Shown in pieces: positions 45,647-55,810 of a stretch of DNA of 64,000 nt. Below the pieces are notes generated by a model. It did no database searches, had not been told where the DNA came from, and saw only the letters and a program-made list of their open reading frames with translations. Both the position numbers and the translations under genes were made by a program. Position 1 is the stretch's first letter. Each line of letters opens with the position of its first letter. The stretch comes from Candidatus Kaiserbacteria bacterium (GTDB lineage Bacteria > Patescibacteriota > Minisyncoccia > Phycocordibacterales > Phycocordibacteraceae): assembly GCA_026396675.1 (NCBI GenBank), contig JAPLWI010000014.1:376-64375 (forward strand). The letters are read 5' to 3'.

Positions 45647-46102
45647 TTATTGAAGTAAATTATCCACCACCGCTTTTACATCGCCACCATCGGCCCTACC
45701 TTTTAACTCTTTCATCAGCGCGCCAGTAAATTTACCAGCATCGGCTTTTGATGAGATGTTTAATTCCACCATTTTTGCTTTTGCAATCTTCTCAATTTCT
45801 TCACGGCTCATCATTGCGGGGAGATAGGTCTCGATTATAGCGAGCTCGGCTTTTTCCGGTTCTGCGAGGTCGTTGCGCGATGCCTTTTCAAATTGCTCAA
45901 TAGAGTCCTTGCGCTGACTCGCGGCACGCTTTAAGACCGTGACGGCCTCTTCATCCGTGAGAAGCTCGTCGGGTTTGCGTTTCTTGGCGACGACTTCATT
46001 AGTCATCGCGGTAACGAGCGACCGTAGTGTCCGCAACCGGACTTCGTCATGCGCCCGCAGGGCGTCAGGAATTGATTGTTTTAATGTTTCGTGGATAGTC
46101 AT
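45647..46102 (-). CDS. GatB/YqeY domain protein
   Basis: YqeY-family conserved regions (LKQSIPDALRAHDEVRLRTLRSL...AELAIIETYLP). Confidence 0.8.
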   Translation of the reverse strand: MTIHETLKQSIPDALRAHDEVRLRTLRSLVTAMTNEVVAKKRKPDELLTDEEAVTVLKRAASQRKDSIEQFEKASRNDLAEPEKAELAIIETYLPAMMSREEIEKIAKAKMVELNISSKADAGKFTGALMKELKGRADGGDVKAVVDNLLQ

Positions 46103-46163
46103 ATTTAGATTCTATCATACGTAATGATTGTTCCTTTTCATAGATTCCTGTACAGTTTTGAGA

Positions 46164-46475
46164 ATGAATGAACCCTCAGAGCAACTGAAGAAATTCATAA
46201 AGGACTCCCAATGGATTTTTGCGAAAACATATGCAACGACGTGGCCGCACGAGTATCTTGTGCAGGAACAAGTGGACAATGATTTATTTTTGGATCTAGC
46301 ACAGCACATTGATATGTTCGGCTACGAATCTCATTTTTATAAAACTAAACAGATGTACTATGACTATAATGGACACAGCTATTGGCATATGGGCAACATA
46401 ATCAATCGCTGTCTTGAAGCAGATACATATCACAGAAGAGAGAAAGATGACCGGTTGCCTAACATTAAAAAATAA
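46164..46475 (+). CDS. Hypothetical protein (low-GC islet)
   Basis: ORF within an AT-rich segment. Trp/Tyr/His-rich. No recognised domain. Confidence 0.3.
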   Translation: MNEPSEQLKKFIKDSQWIFAKTYATTWPHEYLVQEQVDNDLFLDLAQHIDMFGYESHFYKTKQMYYDYNGHSYWHMGNIINRCLEADTYHRREKDDRLPNIKK

Positions 46476-46479
46476 TTTT

Positions 46480-46809
46480 ATGACAAACAAATATGGGCTT
46501 CCCGAGGAAGAATTGAAGAAGATTAGAGCTAGAGATACGAAGTGTGTTTATTGTCACAAGGCAATGATTAATCCTAGCTCCGGTTGCTCGAAGTGCAATT
46601 GGGCTACCATAGAACATCTAAACCATCTATCGCCGTGGGATAATCCAGACACAGTTGCTTATTGTTGCGGGAGTTGCAATTCAAGCAGAGGAAAAAAGAA
46701 ATTGCCAGATTGGTTTAAGACACCGTATTGTGTGCAGAAAAACATAAACGAAAAGACGGTAGCAAAACCAGTTAAGAAATACATCAGGAAAATTGAAGGG
46801 CCATTGTGA
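46480..46809 (+). CDS. HNH endonuclease-like protein
   Basis: CVYCHK...CSKC...IEHLNHL...CCGSCNSSRG. A Cys4 zinc plus His-Asn-His arrangement typical of HNH nucleases. Confidence 0.5.
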   Translation: MTNKYGLPEEELKKIRARDTKCVYCHKAMINPSSGCSKCNWATIEHLNHLSPWDNPDTVAYCCGSCNSSRGKKKLPDWFKTPYCVQKNINEKTVAKPVKKYIRKIEGPL

Positions 46810-47045
46810 TTATAACCAGTGCATGATATCATTGCTCTAGAATCTGCACCTTGGCTAATCCAATTCTTTTACGAGAAACAAGATGCCTAAGTCCGCATCT
46901 CTCAGTGCTAGAGATGATAAATGGATGGTGACACGAAATCCGTAAAACACATTTGGAGTAGCAACCACCACTTTTAAAAAGTGGGGCTTGTTGCGTTGCA
47001 AAAGCTGCGGGTTCAAAGAGTTATTAATTAACCCGTTACTCTCTT

Positions 47046-48107
47046 ATGTCAGTACTCACTATAGGTATTCTAGTTATCGTTCTTCTCATTATTCAGGGCA
47101 TCGGTCTCTATTTCATCCTTCTTCGTCGGCGAGAAGCGCCGCAGGAAAGCGGGGGAATGATTCTTCTCCAACAGCAATTGCAAAATCTTGAAAAGACGCT
47201 TGATGCTCGCGTTTCTGAATCGTCGCGCGCGATGCAGGAGAATTCTCATCGGCAGTTTTCAGAATCGTCGCGACTCATTAAGGAAATCACCACAGAACTC
47301 ACGTCAGTAAAAGAGATTGGTAGGCAGACGCAGACATACGCCGAACAACTTCAATCGCTTCAGGACCTGCTGAAGAATCCAAAACAGCGCGGCATTCTCG
47401 GCGAGTATTATTTGGAGACGGTATTGCGAAATGTGATGTCACCGGACGATTATCGAATCCAATACGCTTTCAAAAATGGCGAAATAGTAGACGCAGTCAT
47501 AGTCATTAATAAAAAGCTGGTTCCCGTTGATTCAAAATTCTCGCTTGATAATTACAACCGTTTCGTGAGTACGCAAGTGGGAACGCCGGAACGTGCAGCC
47601 GCGGAGAAGGCCTTCGTAAACGATCTGAAACTACGCATTACCGAGACCGCGAAATATATCCGACCAGAAGAAGACACAATGGATTTCGCATTTATGTTCA
47701 TCCCGTCTGAAGGTATCTATTATGATCTCCTGACCAACCAAATTGGAGGCAGTGCCGAAGAAGAGAATCTGATCCAGCGCGCGGCGAGCAAGTATAAAGT
47801 CATTATTGTTTCGCCGACATCGTTCCTCGCATATCTCCAAACAGTGATGCAGGGATTAAAAGCCCTTCAGATAGAAAAGAAAGCAGTTGATATACAGAAG
47901 CGGGTTGGAGAGCTCGGGAAGCATATCGGCGCGTATGAAGAATTTTATAAAAAGCTCGGTACTTCGCTCGGCACTTCAATAAGCCATTACAACGCGGGTT
48001 ATAAAGAACTCGGAAAGATAGATAAAGATGTGTACCGTATCGCGGAAAGTAAAATCGGTATCGAGCCGGAACTTCTAGATAAGCCAATGGAGGGTATTGA
48101 CAATTAG
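47046..48107 (+). CDS. rmuC: DNA recombination protein RmuC
   Basis: N-terminal TM helix, long coiled coil, and the RmuC C-terminal nuclease-like domain (FMFIPSEGIYYDL). Confidence 0.85.
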   Translation: MSVLTIGILVIVLLIIQGIGLYFILLRRREAPQESGGMILLQQQLQNLEKTLDARVSESSRAMQENSHRQFSESSRLIKEITTELTSVKEIGRQTQTYAEQLQSLQDLLKNPKQRGILGEYYLETVLRNVMSPDDYRIQYAFKNGEIVDAVIVINKKLVPVDSKFSLDNYNRFVSTQVGTPERAAAEKAFVNDLKLRITETAKYIRPEEDTMDFAFMFIPSEGIYYDLLTNQIGGSAEEENLIQRAASKYKVIIVSPTSFLAYLQTVMQGLKALQIEKKAVDIQKRVGELGKHIGAYEEFYKKLGTSLGTSISHYNAGYKELGKIDKDVYRIAESKIGIEPELLDKPMEGIDN

Positions 48108-48161
48108 ACGCATATATGATATCCTCCTTTTAGATAGGAGTACAAAAATTTTGGAGGTGCA

Positions 48162-48359
48162 GTGATGAAAAAGATGAATATTGTTAGTTTGTTTGCAGTA
48201 TTGGCTGTAACGGTGTCGTTGCTCCTGGGATGCAATAAATCCGGCTCTTTGCCTCAAAATCGGATTGACTTGCAAGAGTCGAATCAAAAGAGCGAGACAT
48301 TGATCCGAGAGCTTGATGTCTCAACACAGGAGCTGCAGAAAGCAGAAGCCGCGCATTAA
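48162..48359 (+). CDS. Small lipoprotein
   Basis: GGAGGT RBS. Signal peptide with lipobox LLLGC. 65 aa. Confidence 0.45.
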   Translation: MMKKMNIVSLFAVLAVTVSLLLGCNKSGSLPQNRIDLQESNQKSETLIRELDVSTQELQKAEAAH

Positions 48360-48407
48360 AATTGCGCGGCTTGTCTTTTATATAGAACAATGCTAGATTA
48401 AGACCAC

Positions 48408-48725
48408 ATGGAAGTGGCCGTAATCAAGACCGGTGGGAAGCAGTATGTCGTCTCTAAGGGCGACACAATTGCGATTGAGAAACTCCCGGGGGATTTGAAA
48501 AAAGGTGACACGATTGTTTTTGACGAGGTGCTCCTCGTTGACAACGGCTCGGACACGACCATCGGCGCGCCGACAATTAAGGGCGCGGAGGTCAAGGGCA
48601 CCGTTGTTCTCGCCGGAAAAGCAAAGAAAATTGAGGTGGTGAAGTATAAGCCGAAAAGCCGCTACTACAAGCGCAATGGCCACCGCCAACCGGTCCTCAA
48701 AGTAAAAATCGACAGTATTAGCTAA
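48408..48725 (+). CDS. rplU: 50S ribosomal protein L21
   Basis: MEVAVIKTGGKQYVV...KYKPKSRYYKRNGHRQ matches bL21. Confidence 0.95.
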   Translation: MEVAVIKTGGKQYVVSKGDTIAIEKLPGDLKKGDTIVFDEVLLVDNGSDTTIGAPTIKGAEVKGTVVLAGKAKKIEVVKYKPKSRYYKRNGHRQPVLKVKIDSIS

Positions 48726-48736
48726 CTTATATCTAC

Positions 48737-50047
48737 ATGCAAATAGGGCGTTGGAATCACCAGTCTACTGGTTCGTCCGGTAGTCATTCAAAATATTCAA
48801 AAAACCCGCGGAGCGGAAGTTTTCATAATACTCGTCCAACAGGGAATCGATTTCCCGCGAGTCGTTCATACGGACGTCCACCTTCGCAAAATAAATTCCC
48901 ACCTCGGCGAGGTAAAAGTTTCGGTTCTTTCGGCAACACCGAAGCCGAAATTTCGAAGTTTATGAACAGAGCAGTCGTTACGACCGAAGAACCGGTCTTC
49001 GTTCCTGAACACACATTTTCCGATTTTGACATCAATGAACATTTGAAGAAAAATATTCTTGCACGGAAATACGAATCACCAACGCCTATTCAGGACAAAA
49101 TTATTCCGCACGTCTTACTCGGTCAGGATGTTGTAGGACTCGCAGAGACGGGAACCGGCAAGACCGCTGCGTTTCTTATTCCGCTAATTGATAAGGTGAT
49201 GAAGCAAAAGGGCGAACGCATTTTAATCATGGCACCGACTCGAGAACTCGCGGTGCAGACCGAAAAAGAGCTCGCCGGTTTTGCACGTGGCCTCGGCTTC
49301 CGCGGAATGGTCGCGGTAGGAGGTACTAATATCGGTCCGCAAATATCAGCGCTTCGACACACCCCAGCGTTTGTTATCGGAACTCCCGGACGGCTGAAGG
49401 ACTTGATGGAACGAAAGGCACTCGATCTTTCTGGCTTCGGCACGGTTGTTCTGGATGAAGCGGATCGCATGCTAGACATGGGATTCATTGATGACATGCG
49501 TTTTATTTTAGGGAAGATGCAGAAAGAGCGACACATGCTGTTTTTCTCTGCAACGATATCCAAAGATATTGAACGACTTATCGGTGACTTCCTCTCGAGT
49601 CCTGTTGTTATTTCAGTAAAAACGCGAGACACAGCTCGAAACATTGATCAAGATGTCATCCGCATTCCGCGTGGGAAGGATAAATTTGAGGTGCTTGCAG
49701 AACTTTTTAAAGATCGTAATTTCGACAAAGTGCTCATCTTCGGTCGCACAAAGTATGGTGTTGAAAAACTCGCGAAAGATTTATCGCGACGCCATATTCA
49801 CGCCGAATCAATCCACGGGAACAAAACGTTTAACGCTCGTATACGGGCACTAGAGGCCTTTAAAACAGGAAAGGTGACAGCGCTCGTCGCAACCGATGTT
49901 GCCGCGCGCGGACTTGATATCCCAGCGGTCTCGCATGTAATCAACTACGACCTCCCGTCAACCTACGAGGATTACATCCATCGTGTTGGTCGCACCGGTC
50001 GCGCAGACCTAAAGGGTAAAGCCCTCACTTTCGTCCAAGGCCGCTAA
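48737..50047 (+). CDS. DEAD-box ATP-dependent RNA helicase with an N-terminal low-complexity extension
   Basis: Q motif, TGTGKTAAF (motif I), DEAD, SAT and HRVGRTGRA. About 80 aa of Ser/Arg/Gly/Pro-rich N-terminus. Confidence 0.9.
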   Translation: MQIGRWNHQSTGSSGSHSKYSKNPRSGSFHNTRPTGNRFPASRSYGRPPSQNKFPPRRGKSFGSFGNTEAEISKFMNRAVVTTEEPVFVPEHTFSDFDINEHLKKNILARKYESPTPIQDKIIPHVLLGQDVVGLAETGTGKTAAFLIPLIDKVMKQKGERILIMAPTRELAVQTEKELAGFARGLGFRGMVAVGGTNIGPQISALRHTPAFVIGTPGRLKDLMERKALDLSGFGTVVLDEADRMLDMGFIDDMRFILGKMQKERHMLFFSATISKDIERLIGDFLSSPVVISVKTRDTARNIDQDVIRIPRGKDKFEVLAELFKDRNFDKVLIFGRTKYGVEKLAKDLSRRHIHAESIHGNKTFNARIRALEAFKTGKVTALVATDVAARGLDIPAVSHVINYDLPSTYEDYIHRVGRTGRADLKGKALTFVQGR

Positions 50048-50646
50048 AATTCTTTGCGATTCGTGAGGGCGGCGCGGAGGGTTTCGGCGTCGGAATATTC
50101 AAGTTCGCTGCCGGTCGCGAGGCCGCGGCCGAGTTCCGAAATTTTTACATTATCACGCCATGGCGCGAGCAATTTTCGCACATGGTCACTCGTATGTTCG
50201 CCTTCACTCGTTGCCGACAGTGCGAGAACAATTTCTTTCAATCCGTTCTTTAGGCGTTTTTCAATTATTTTCAATAACTCTTTTTCTCGAATAGCGCCTT
50301 TACCAGAGAGCGTTAATACACCGCCGAGGACAAAATATCGTCCACGATACGAACTGGCGCGTTCCACCGCGGCGAGATCCTGATCTCTTTCAACTAGCAT
50401 CAATTGTGAATCATCGCGCGTTTTATCGGAGCAGTAATTGCAGAATGCTGTTGTTCCACCATTATGAAAACGCAAACATTCGGGACATTGCCGAACGTTT
50501 TTGCCTAGTGACGCAATAAGTTCTGCGAGTTTTGCTCGCTCAGCTGCAGAAACAGCGAGAAGGTAAAAAACAAATCGCTTACCTTGCCGGGGACCAATCC
50601 CTGGGAAGCGGGCTAGTGCAGTTGCGAGTTCGTCAATGTGGTCCAT
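50044..50646 (-). CDS. recR: Recombination protein RecR
   Basis: HhH motif (LARFPGIGPRQGKR), C4 zinc finger (CPECLRFHNGGTTAFCNYC), Toprim domain. Confidence 0.9.
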   Translation of the reverse strand: MDHIDELATALARFPGIGPRQGKRFVFYLLAVSAAERAKLAELIASLGKNVRQCPECLRFHNGGTTAFCNYCSDKTRDDSQLMLVERDQDLAAVERASSYRGRYFVLGGVLTLSGKGAIREKELLKIIEKRLKNGLKEIVLALSATSEGEHTSDHVRKLLAPWRDNVKISELGRGLATGSELEYSDAETLRAALTNRKEF

Positions 50647-52019
50647 TAAAGTTCCGCGGCAAGTTCGCCATATCCAGCAGTATCAATCGGCTGAAAAGTC
50701 GCTCGCTTTTCGTCGAAGTAGAGTTCGGTTTTTCCAGTCGGACCATTGCGGTGCTTCTCAATAAGAATTTCTGCGATGTTCGGGCGATCGCTTTCAGGAT
50801 TGCGTTTATCTTCACGGTGAATGAACATCACCACGTCCGCATCTTGTTCAATCGAACCAGAGTCGCGCAAGTCGGAGAGACGCGGTTTCCCGCCGCGCTG
50901 TTCAACCGCACGCGAAAGTTGCGAGAGTGCGATAACCGGTACTTTAAGTTCACGCGCAAGCGACTTCAATGAGCGGGAAATTTCAGTTACTTGTTGAACG
51001 AGCGAATCAGATGTTTTTGTTGAGGTTGGAGCCATTAATTGGAGATAATCAACGATAATAAGCCCGATTCCATGTTCACGTTTTAGCCGCCGCGCGACGG
51101 CGCGCATCGCAAGAATATTGTTGCCCGGCTTGTCATCAATGAAAATGGGGGCTTTTGAAAGTGACTCAAGCGCGTCGCGAATACGATTGAAATCCTCTTT
51201 TTCTTTTACTTGGCCTGTTCGTAGTTTCCACGAATTGACGAACGACTCCGCAGCGAGCATACGATCGATAAGTTGTTCCGAGCTCATTTCAAGCGAAAAA
51301 ATACCAACAGGAACATTGTGACGTACCGCCGCATTCCGCGCGATATCGAGCGCGAGCGATGTTTTGCCCATCGAAGGTCGTGCGGCGATGATAACGAGGT
51401 CAGATGGATGAAAGCCCGAGAGAAGGATGTCGAGATCGTGGAAGCCAGATGGTACACCGCGAATGCCACCTTCTTTTTTAGAAAGGGCCTCAATACGATC
51501 CCATGCCTCGTGAATCTTATCGCCAATTGCGATGAATTTATGTGCAGATGATGTGTCACCAATAGCATAGATATTTTTCTCGGCCTCATCGAGCACTTCC
51601 ATCGTGTCGCGTGCCTCATCATATGCGGCCTCAGTTATGTTGTATGCGGCATCAATGAGAGATCGCATAACGGACTTACGCGAGACAAGTTCCGCATAAT
51701 GAGAAAAATTACCCGGAGCTGGCGCCGAACCAGCGAGTTCAGCTAAATAACTTCGTCCACCTGCATGTTCAAGCGTTCCTTGGTCTTGCATTCTCTGTGA
51801 GAGAGAAAGAAGATCAATCGGCTCACCGCGCTGTGCGAGCTCGCTCATCACACCAAAAATTTGCCGATGTTTCTCCGCATAAAATGAATGCGGGTTAATT
51901 AAATCTGAGACATCGTGAATTGCATCAGGCCTAAGAAGCAAGGCGCCAAGAAGAGCGCGCTCGGACTCGAGTGATTGTGGTGGAACGCGATCGGTAGCCA
52001 TTATCGCCAATTGTATCAA
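50646..52019 (-). CDS. dnaB: Replicative DNA helicase DnaB
   Basis: Walker A ARPSMGKTSLAL, DnaB N-terminal domain, arginine finger region. Confidence 0.9.
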   Translation of the reverse strand: MIQLAIMATDRVPPQSLESERALLGALLLRPDAIHDVSDLINPHSFYAEKHRQIFGVMSELAQRGEPIDLLSLSQRMQDQGTLEHAGGRSYLAELAGSAPAPGNFSHYAELVSRKSVMRSLIDAAYNITEAAYDEARDTMEVLDEAEKNIYAIGDTSSAHKFIAIGDKIHEAWDRIEALSKKEGGIRGVPSGFHDLDILLSGFHPSDLVIIAARPSMGKTSLALDIARNAAVRHNVPVGIFSLEMSSEQLIDRMLAAESFVNSWKLRTGQVKEKEDFNRIRDALESLSKAPIFIDDKPGNNILAMRAVARRLKREHGIGLIIVDYLQLMAPTSTKTSDSLVQQVTEISRSLKSLARELKVPVIALSQLSRAVEQRGGKPRLSDLRDSGSIEQDADVVMFIHREDKRNPESDRPNIAEILIEKHRNGPTGKTELYFDEKRATFQPIDTAGYGELAAEL

Positions 52020-53506
52020 AGAGTCGTCCGAGTCAACACTGGCCCATTCAGACCGTCATCCACATGATATCCACTGCGCTCAATGTCGCCACGTAGGCGG
52101 TCTGCCTCTTTAAAATCCTTGGAAATACGCGCCGCTTCGCGGTGCGCGAGCATTTCTTTAATTTCCATTGGTATATCGGCTTCTTCCACTGTACCCACTT
52201 GTGGTGGGGAAAGAAGCGAGAGCCCAAGATGGGCATCGGCATCTTCAATGAGAAGCATTTTTTCTTCCGGCGTGTATTCTTCGCTTTTAAGAGAATCCCA
52301 AAGAATGCCGAGCGCCTGCGGAGTCCCCAGATCATCTCGTATCGCGGCGAGAAAACGATTATGCGCTTCAGATGATTCGCATTTTAATTTTGATTCTTTC
52401 GCAATTTCATTTGAAATTTTCCAGAGCCGATCGAGTGCGTTTCCGGCACTTGCGAGTGCGTCAAAAGAAAAGGAGAGGGGAGTGCGATATTGCGCCTGTA
52501 GGAAAAAATATCGTAACGAGAGAGGATGAAATCCTTTCGCAACAATATCCGAGAGATACACTGTATTGCCAAGCGACTTTGATGTCTTCTCTCCGTTCAT
52601 AGTGAGAAATGCACTGTGCATCCAGTAATGAACGAATGTTCTGCCACTCGCCGCCTCTGATTGTGCGATTTCGTTGTTGTGATGCACAGCGATGTGATCT
52701 TCGCCACCGGTGTGAATATCAATTTCTTGTCCGAGCATGGAGCGCGCCATAGCAGAACACTCAATATGCCAGCCGGGATTGCCGCGGCCCCATGGGCTAT
52801 TCCATTGTTGTAGATCGTTCGGTTTCGCATTTCTCCAGAGTACAAAATCAGCGGAATGTCGTTTCCCTTTGACGACTTCAACGCGTGCGCCTGCTTCCAT
52901 ACGTACTCCGGAAAGTCCTCCGAGTTTCCCGTAGCCAGGGAATTTTTGTGTATCAAAATAAAGACCATCGGCGAGACGGTATGCAAAACCCTTTTCTTCA
53001 AGCGTTTTGGCGAGCGCGATCTGCTCTTGTATGTAATCAGTTGCACGCGGGAAGCGAATATCATCCGTATCTACATTTAATTCACGCAAGTCATCAATAA
53101 AAAGTTTCGTATAGCGTTCCGCAATTGCTAGAGGCGTTGTATTTTCGCGCGAAGCGCCTAGCGCCATTTTATCGACGCCTTCATCACCATCGCCAACTAG
53201 ATGGCTTACATCGGTAATGTTAATGACGCGTTGGACGTGATAGCCAGCTTCGTGAAGGACGCGGACGAGAATGTCCGAAAAAACATATGCGCGCAAATTG
53301 CCTATATGCGCTCGATCATAAACGGTCGGTCCGCAGGAATAAAGAAGTACAATTCTAGGTTTCTGTGATACGAAAAGTTCTTTGTTGCCCGAAAGCGTGT
53401 TTGAGAGAAACACTTGCGGTAAACGATGATGCTCGGTGCCGTTCCGTTTTTTAAATAAATTTGAAAACCAATTCATATGATTAGAAAATCCAGCGTTTCC
53501 TTGCAA
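52016..53506 (-). CDS. cysS: Cysteinyl-tRNA synthetase
   Basis: CGPTVYDRAHIGNLR (HIGH) and KTSKS (KMSKS) motifs. Start position within the ORF is uncertain. Confidence 0.9.
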   Translation of the reverse strand: MQGNAGFSNHMNWFSNLFKKRNGTEHHRLPQVFLSNTLSGNKELFVSQKPRIVLLYSCGPTVYDRAHIGNLRAYVFSDILVRVLHEAGYHVQRVINITDVSHLVGDGDEGVDKMALGASRENTTPLAIAERYTKLFIDDLRELNVDTDDIRFPRATDYIQEQIALAKTLEEKGFAYRLADGLYFDTQKFPGYGKLGGLSGVRMEAGARVEVVKGKRHSADFVLWRNAKPNDLQQWNSPWGRGNPGWHIECSAMARSMLGQEIDIHTGGEDHIAVHHNNEIAQSEAASGRTFVHYWMHSAFLTMNGEKTSKSLGNTVYLSDIVAKGFHPLSLRYFFLQAQYRTPLSFSFDALASAGNALDRLWKISNEIAKESKLKCESSEAHNRFLAAIRDDLGTPQALGILWDSLKSEEYTPEEKMLLIEDADAHLGLSLLSPPQVGTVEEADIPMEIKEMLAHREAARISKDFKEADRLRGDIERSGYHVDDGLNGPVLTRTTL

Positions 53507-54401
53507 GAAAGAATGTTATCAGCATACCAATCGCGAACATGCTACCAGTGATAATCCAAAAAGCGTTCGGGTTCTGCTCAAGCGGCGTACCGAGCACTCT
53601 CATGCCGAACACAAATGTAATGAGCTCAAGAGGGAGAAAGATGAATGTAATAACAGTAAGTGTTTTCATAATTTCATTTTGACGTGCCTCAAGGAGTGCG
53701 GTGTTGGTTTCGCGCATCTCGGTCGCGACTGCGCGATGTGTCTTCACTAACCGCATAACCTGTGCACGTTCCGCAAGAATGCGTTCCGACCTTTCACCAA
53801 AAGAAACATCAAAGAAATCACGGAGCGTATGTGCCTTCAAGAAGCGGCTCAGCGGTTCTTCTTGGTTTGCGAGCTCGGCTTCCAGATGCAAGAACGCACG
53901 ACTGATATTTGAAATAGCACGCACAGTCTTGCGTTCACGACCATCGAACATATCTCGCTCTATGTGCTCCAAATAATCAGTAATATGATTTGTATGATCG
54001 CGTACTGAAGAGTAAAGATGAGCAAAGAGAACCTCAAGCAGAACATCGGTAGTGATTGACTCATGTCCGGTGACAAGATTCCGCGTTTCAAAAAGTTTTT
54101 TCAGGTGATGCAATGGAGCGATAACTTCATACCGCACCGTCACTATGAAATGCTGTCCGACGATGAAATCAATCTCTTGATTCTCTGTATCACCGTCCTC
54201 AGCACCTTGCGTTGGAAAGTGCAGTTCAAGAAGCGCATGACTATCACCGTCTATAACAAGTGGTATTGGGGTAGGGGAGAGCATCTCTTTTTCGATTCTC
54301 TCGCTAATCGAGAACTCCTTTACGATTTCTCGTACTTCCTCCTCGGTCGGCCGTTCGAGGTCAACCCACACGCCATCTTGATACTCATAGCGAAATATCA
54401 T
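53481..54401 (-). CDS. corA: CorA-family divalent cation transporter (GMR variant of the GMN motif)
   Basis: Cytoplasmic alpha/beta domain plus two C-terminal TM helices with FGMRV at the position of the YGMNF loop. Confidence 0.75.
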   Translation of the reverse strand: MIFRYEYQDGVWVDLERPTEEEVREIVKEFSISERIEKEMLSPTPIPLVIDGDSHALLELHFPTQGAEDGDTENQEIDFIVGQHFIVTVRYEVIAPLHHLKKLFETRNLVTGHESITTDVLLEVLFAHLYSSVRDHTNHITDYLEHIERDMFDGRERKTVRAISNISRAFLHLEAELANQEEPLSRFLKAHTLRDFFDVSFGERSERILAERAQVMRLVKTHRAVATEMRETNTALLEARQNEIMKTLTVITFIFLPLELITFVFGMRVLGTPLEQNPNAFWIITGSMFAIGMLITFFLARKRWIF

Positions 54402-55719
54402 GAATCTAGAATACCATACTCGACAGTACGATGATGCATCGCATGATATACTCTGCGAGATGGAGATTTTTGGAAATAATAACCGCAGGCGCAGGATTGT
54501 GACACGAGGCGTTTCGTTCGCGCTGGTCGCCGCAATTGCGTTCAGCGCCGGTATTTTTGTCGGTAACAGCGGTTCAGTTGCCGCTGTCGTTTCTCACATC
54601 CCACTCATTGGAGACGGCCTTGATGCTACTCCGGACCAAAGCGCGGACCTCACTGATTTTTGGAAGGCATGGAACGCGCTTGATGCTAACTATGTTGCTA
54701 CTCACGCCTCGTCGACACTTCCATCAACCAAAGACCGTATATTCGGTGCCATTTCCGGTCTCGCTACCTCATATGGCGATCCGTATACCGTGTTCTTTCC
54801 ACCGAAAGAAGCGAAGGCCTTTGCCGACAGCATTTCAGGGAGTTTTGCTGGCGTTGGTATGGAAATTGACATAAAGAATGGGGTTCTGACCGTTATCGCG
54901 CCCCTGAAAGGAACTCCTGCAGAGAAAGCCGGAATTAAAGTGGGCGATCAAATTATTACCATCGACGGGAAGTCAACCGACGGCCTCGCAGTTGATGAAG
55001 CAGTGAGCAAGATTCGCGGATCAGTAGGCACGACTGTCAACCTCACCATTATTCGCAGTGGCAAAGCGCTTGATGTCAAGATTGTCCGCGATACGATTCA
55101 AGTGCCTGAAACCGATGATGGGTTTGATGCAACGAGTGGTGTGTATCACATTGCTCTTTATGAATTCACTTCAAATTCCGCAAATCTTTTTGATGATGCA
55201 TTTTCGCGATTTAAAGTGTCTGGTTCGAAAAAACTCATCATCGATCTGCGCGGCGACCCTGGCGGTTACCTTGATTCGGCAGTTGATATCGCGAGCCATT
55301 TTCTCCAGAAGGGCGCGACGGTAGTGACCGAGGATTCTGATGGGAAAGCGGATAGCATCGTGCATACGAGTATTGGCTACAACGATCTGCCAGCAGGAAC
55401 GAAAGTCGTGGTTCTTATCGACGGTGGTTCTGCTTCGGCATCAGAGATTTTCGCGGGCGCTTTACAAGATACACACACGGCAACCCTCATCGGCACAAAG
55501 TCATTTGGTAAGGGCTCTGTGCAATCACTAACGGATCTTGACGGAGGGTCACTTAAAATTACCATTGCGCGCTGGATAACACCTGCTGGACACTGGATTA
55601 TGGGCAATGGCATCACTCCAGATATCACGGTGCCGTATGCAGCCGAAGGTGCAACCACCACTCCTAAAGTAGATCCACAAATGGCGCGCGCCGTGCAGTT
55701 CCTTACAAAAGGGAAGTAG
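54400..55719 (+). CDS. ctpA: Carboxyl-terminal processing protease (S41 family) with PDZ domain
   Basis: PDZ (GIKVGDQIITIDG), DLRGDPGG and the catalytic region VVLIDGGSASASEIFAG. Confidence 0.85.
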   Translation: MNLEYHTRQYDDASHDILCEMEIFGNNNRRRRIVTRGVSFALVAAIAFSAGIFVGNSGSVAAVVSHIPLIGDGLDATPDQSADLTDFWKAWNALDANYVATHASSTLPSTKDRIFGAISGLATSYGDPYTVFFPPKEAKAFADSISGSFAGVGMEIDIKNGVLTVIAPLKGTPAEKAGIKVGDQIITIDGKSTDGLAVDEAVSKIRGSVGTTVNLTIIRSGKALDVKIVRDTIQVPETDDGFDATSGVYHIALYEFTSNSANLFDDAFSRFKVSGSKKLIIDLRGDPGGYLDSAVDIASHFLQKGATVVTEDSDGKADSIVHTSIGYNDLPAGTKVVVLIDGGSASASEIFAGALQDTHTATLIGTKSFGKGSVQSLTDLDGGSLKITIARWITPAGHWIMGNGITPDITVPYAAEGATTTPKVDPQMARAVQFLTKGK

Positions 55720-55810
55720 ACATACTGTAAATCGTGTGATAAGATGATTTCAGAATAGTTTGACACGAAAGTGTCTTTTAAAATCCTAAAGAAAAGGAAG
55801 GAGTGGTACG

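Noticed and set aside
46930-47040. Stem-loops upstream of rmuC as a small RNA
   Set aside because: The stems are imperfect and AT-rich, and there is no repeat or promoter support. They are mentioned only in the context of the low-GC islet.
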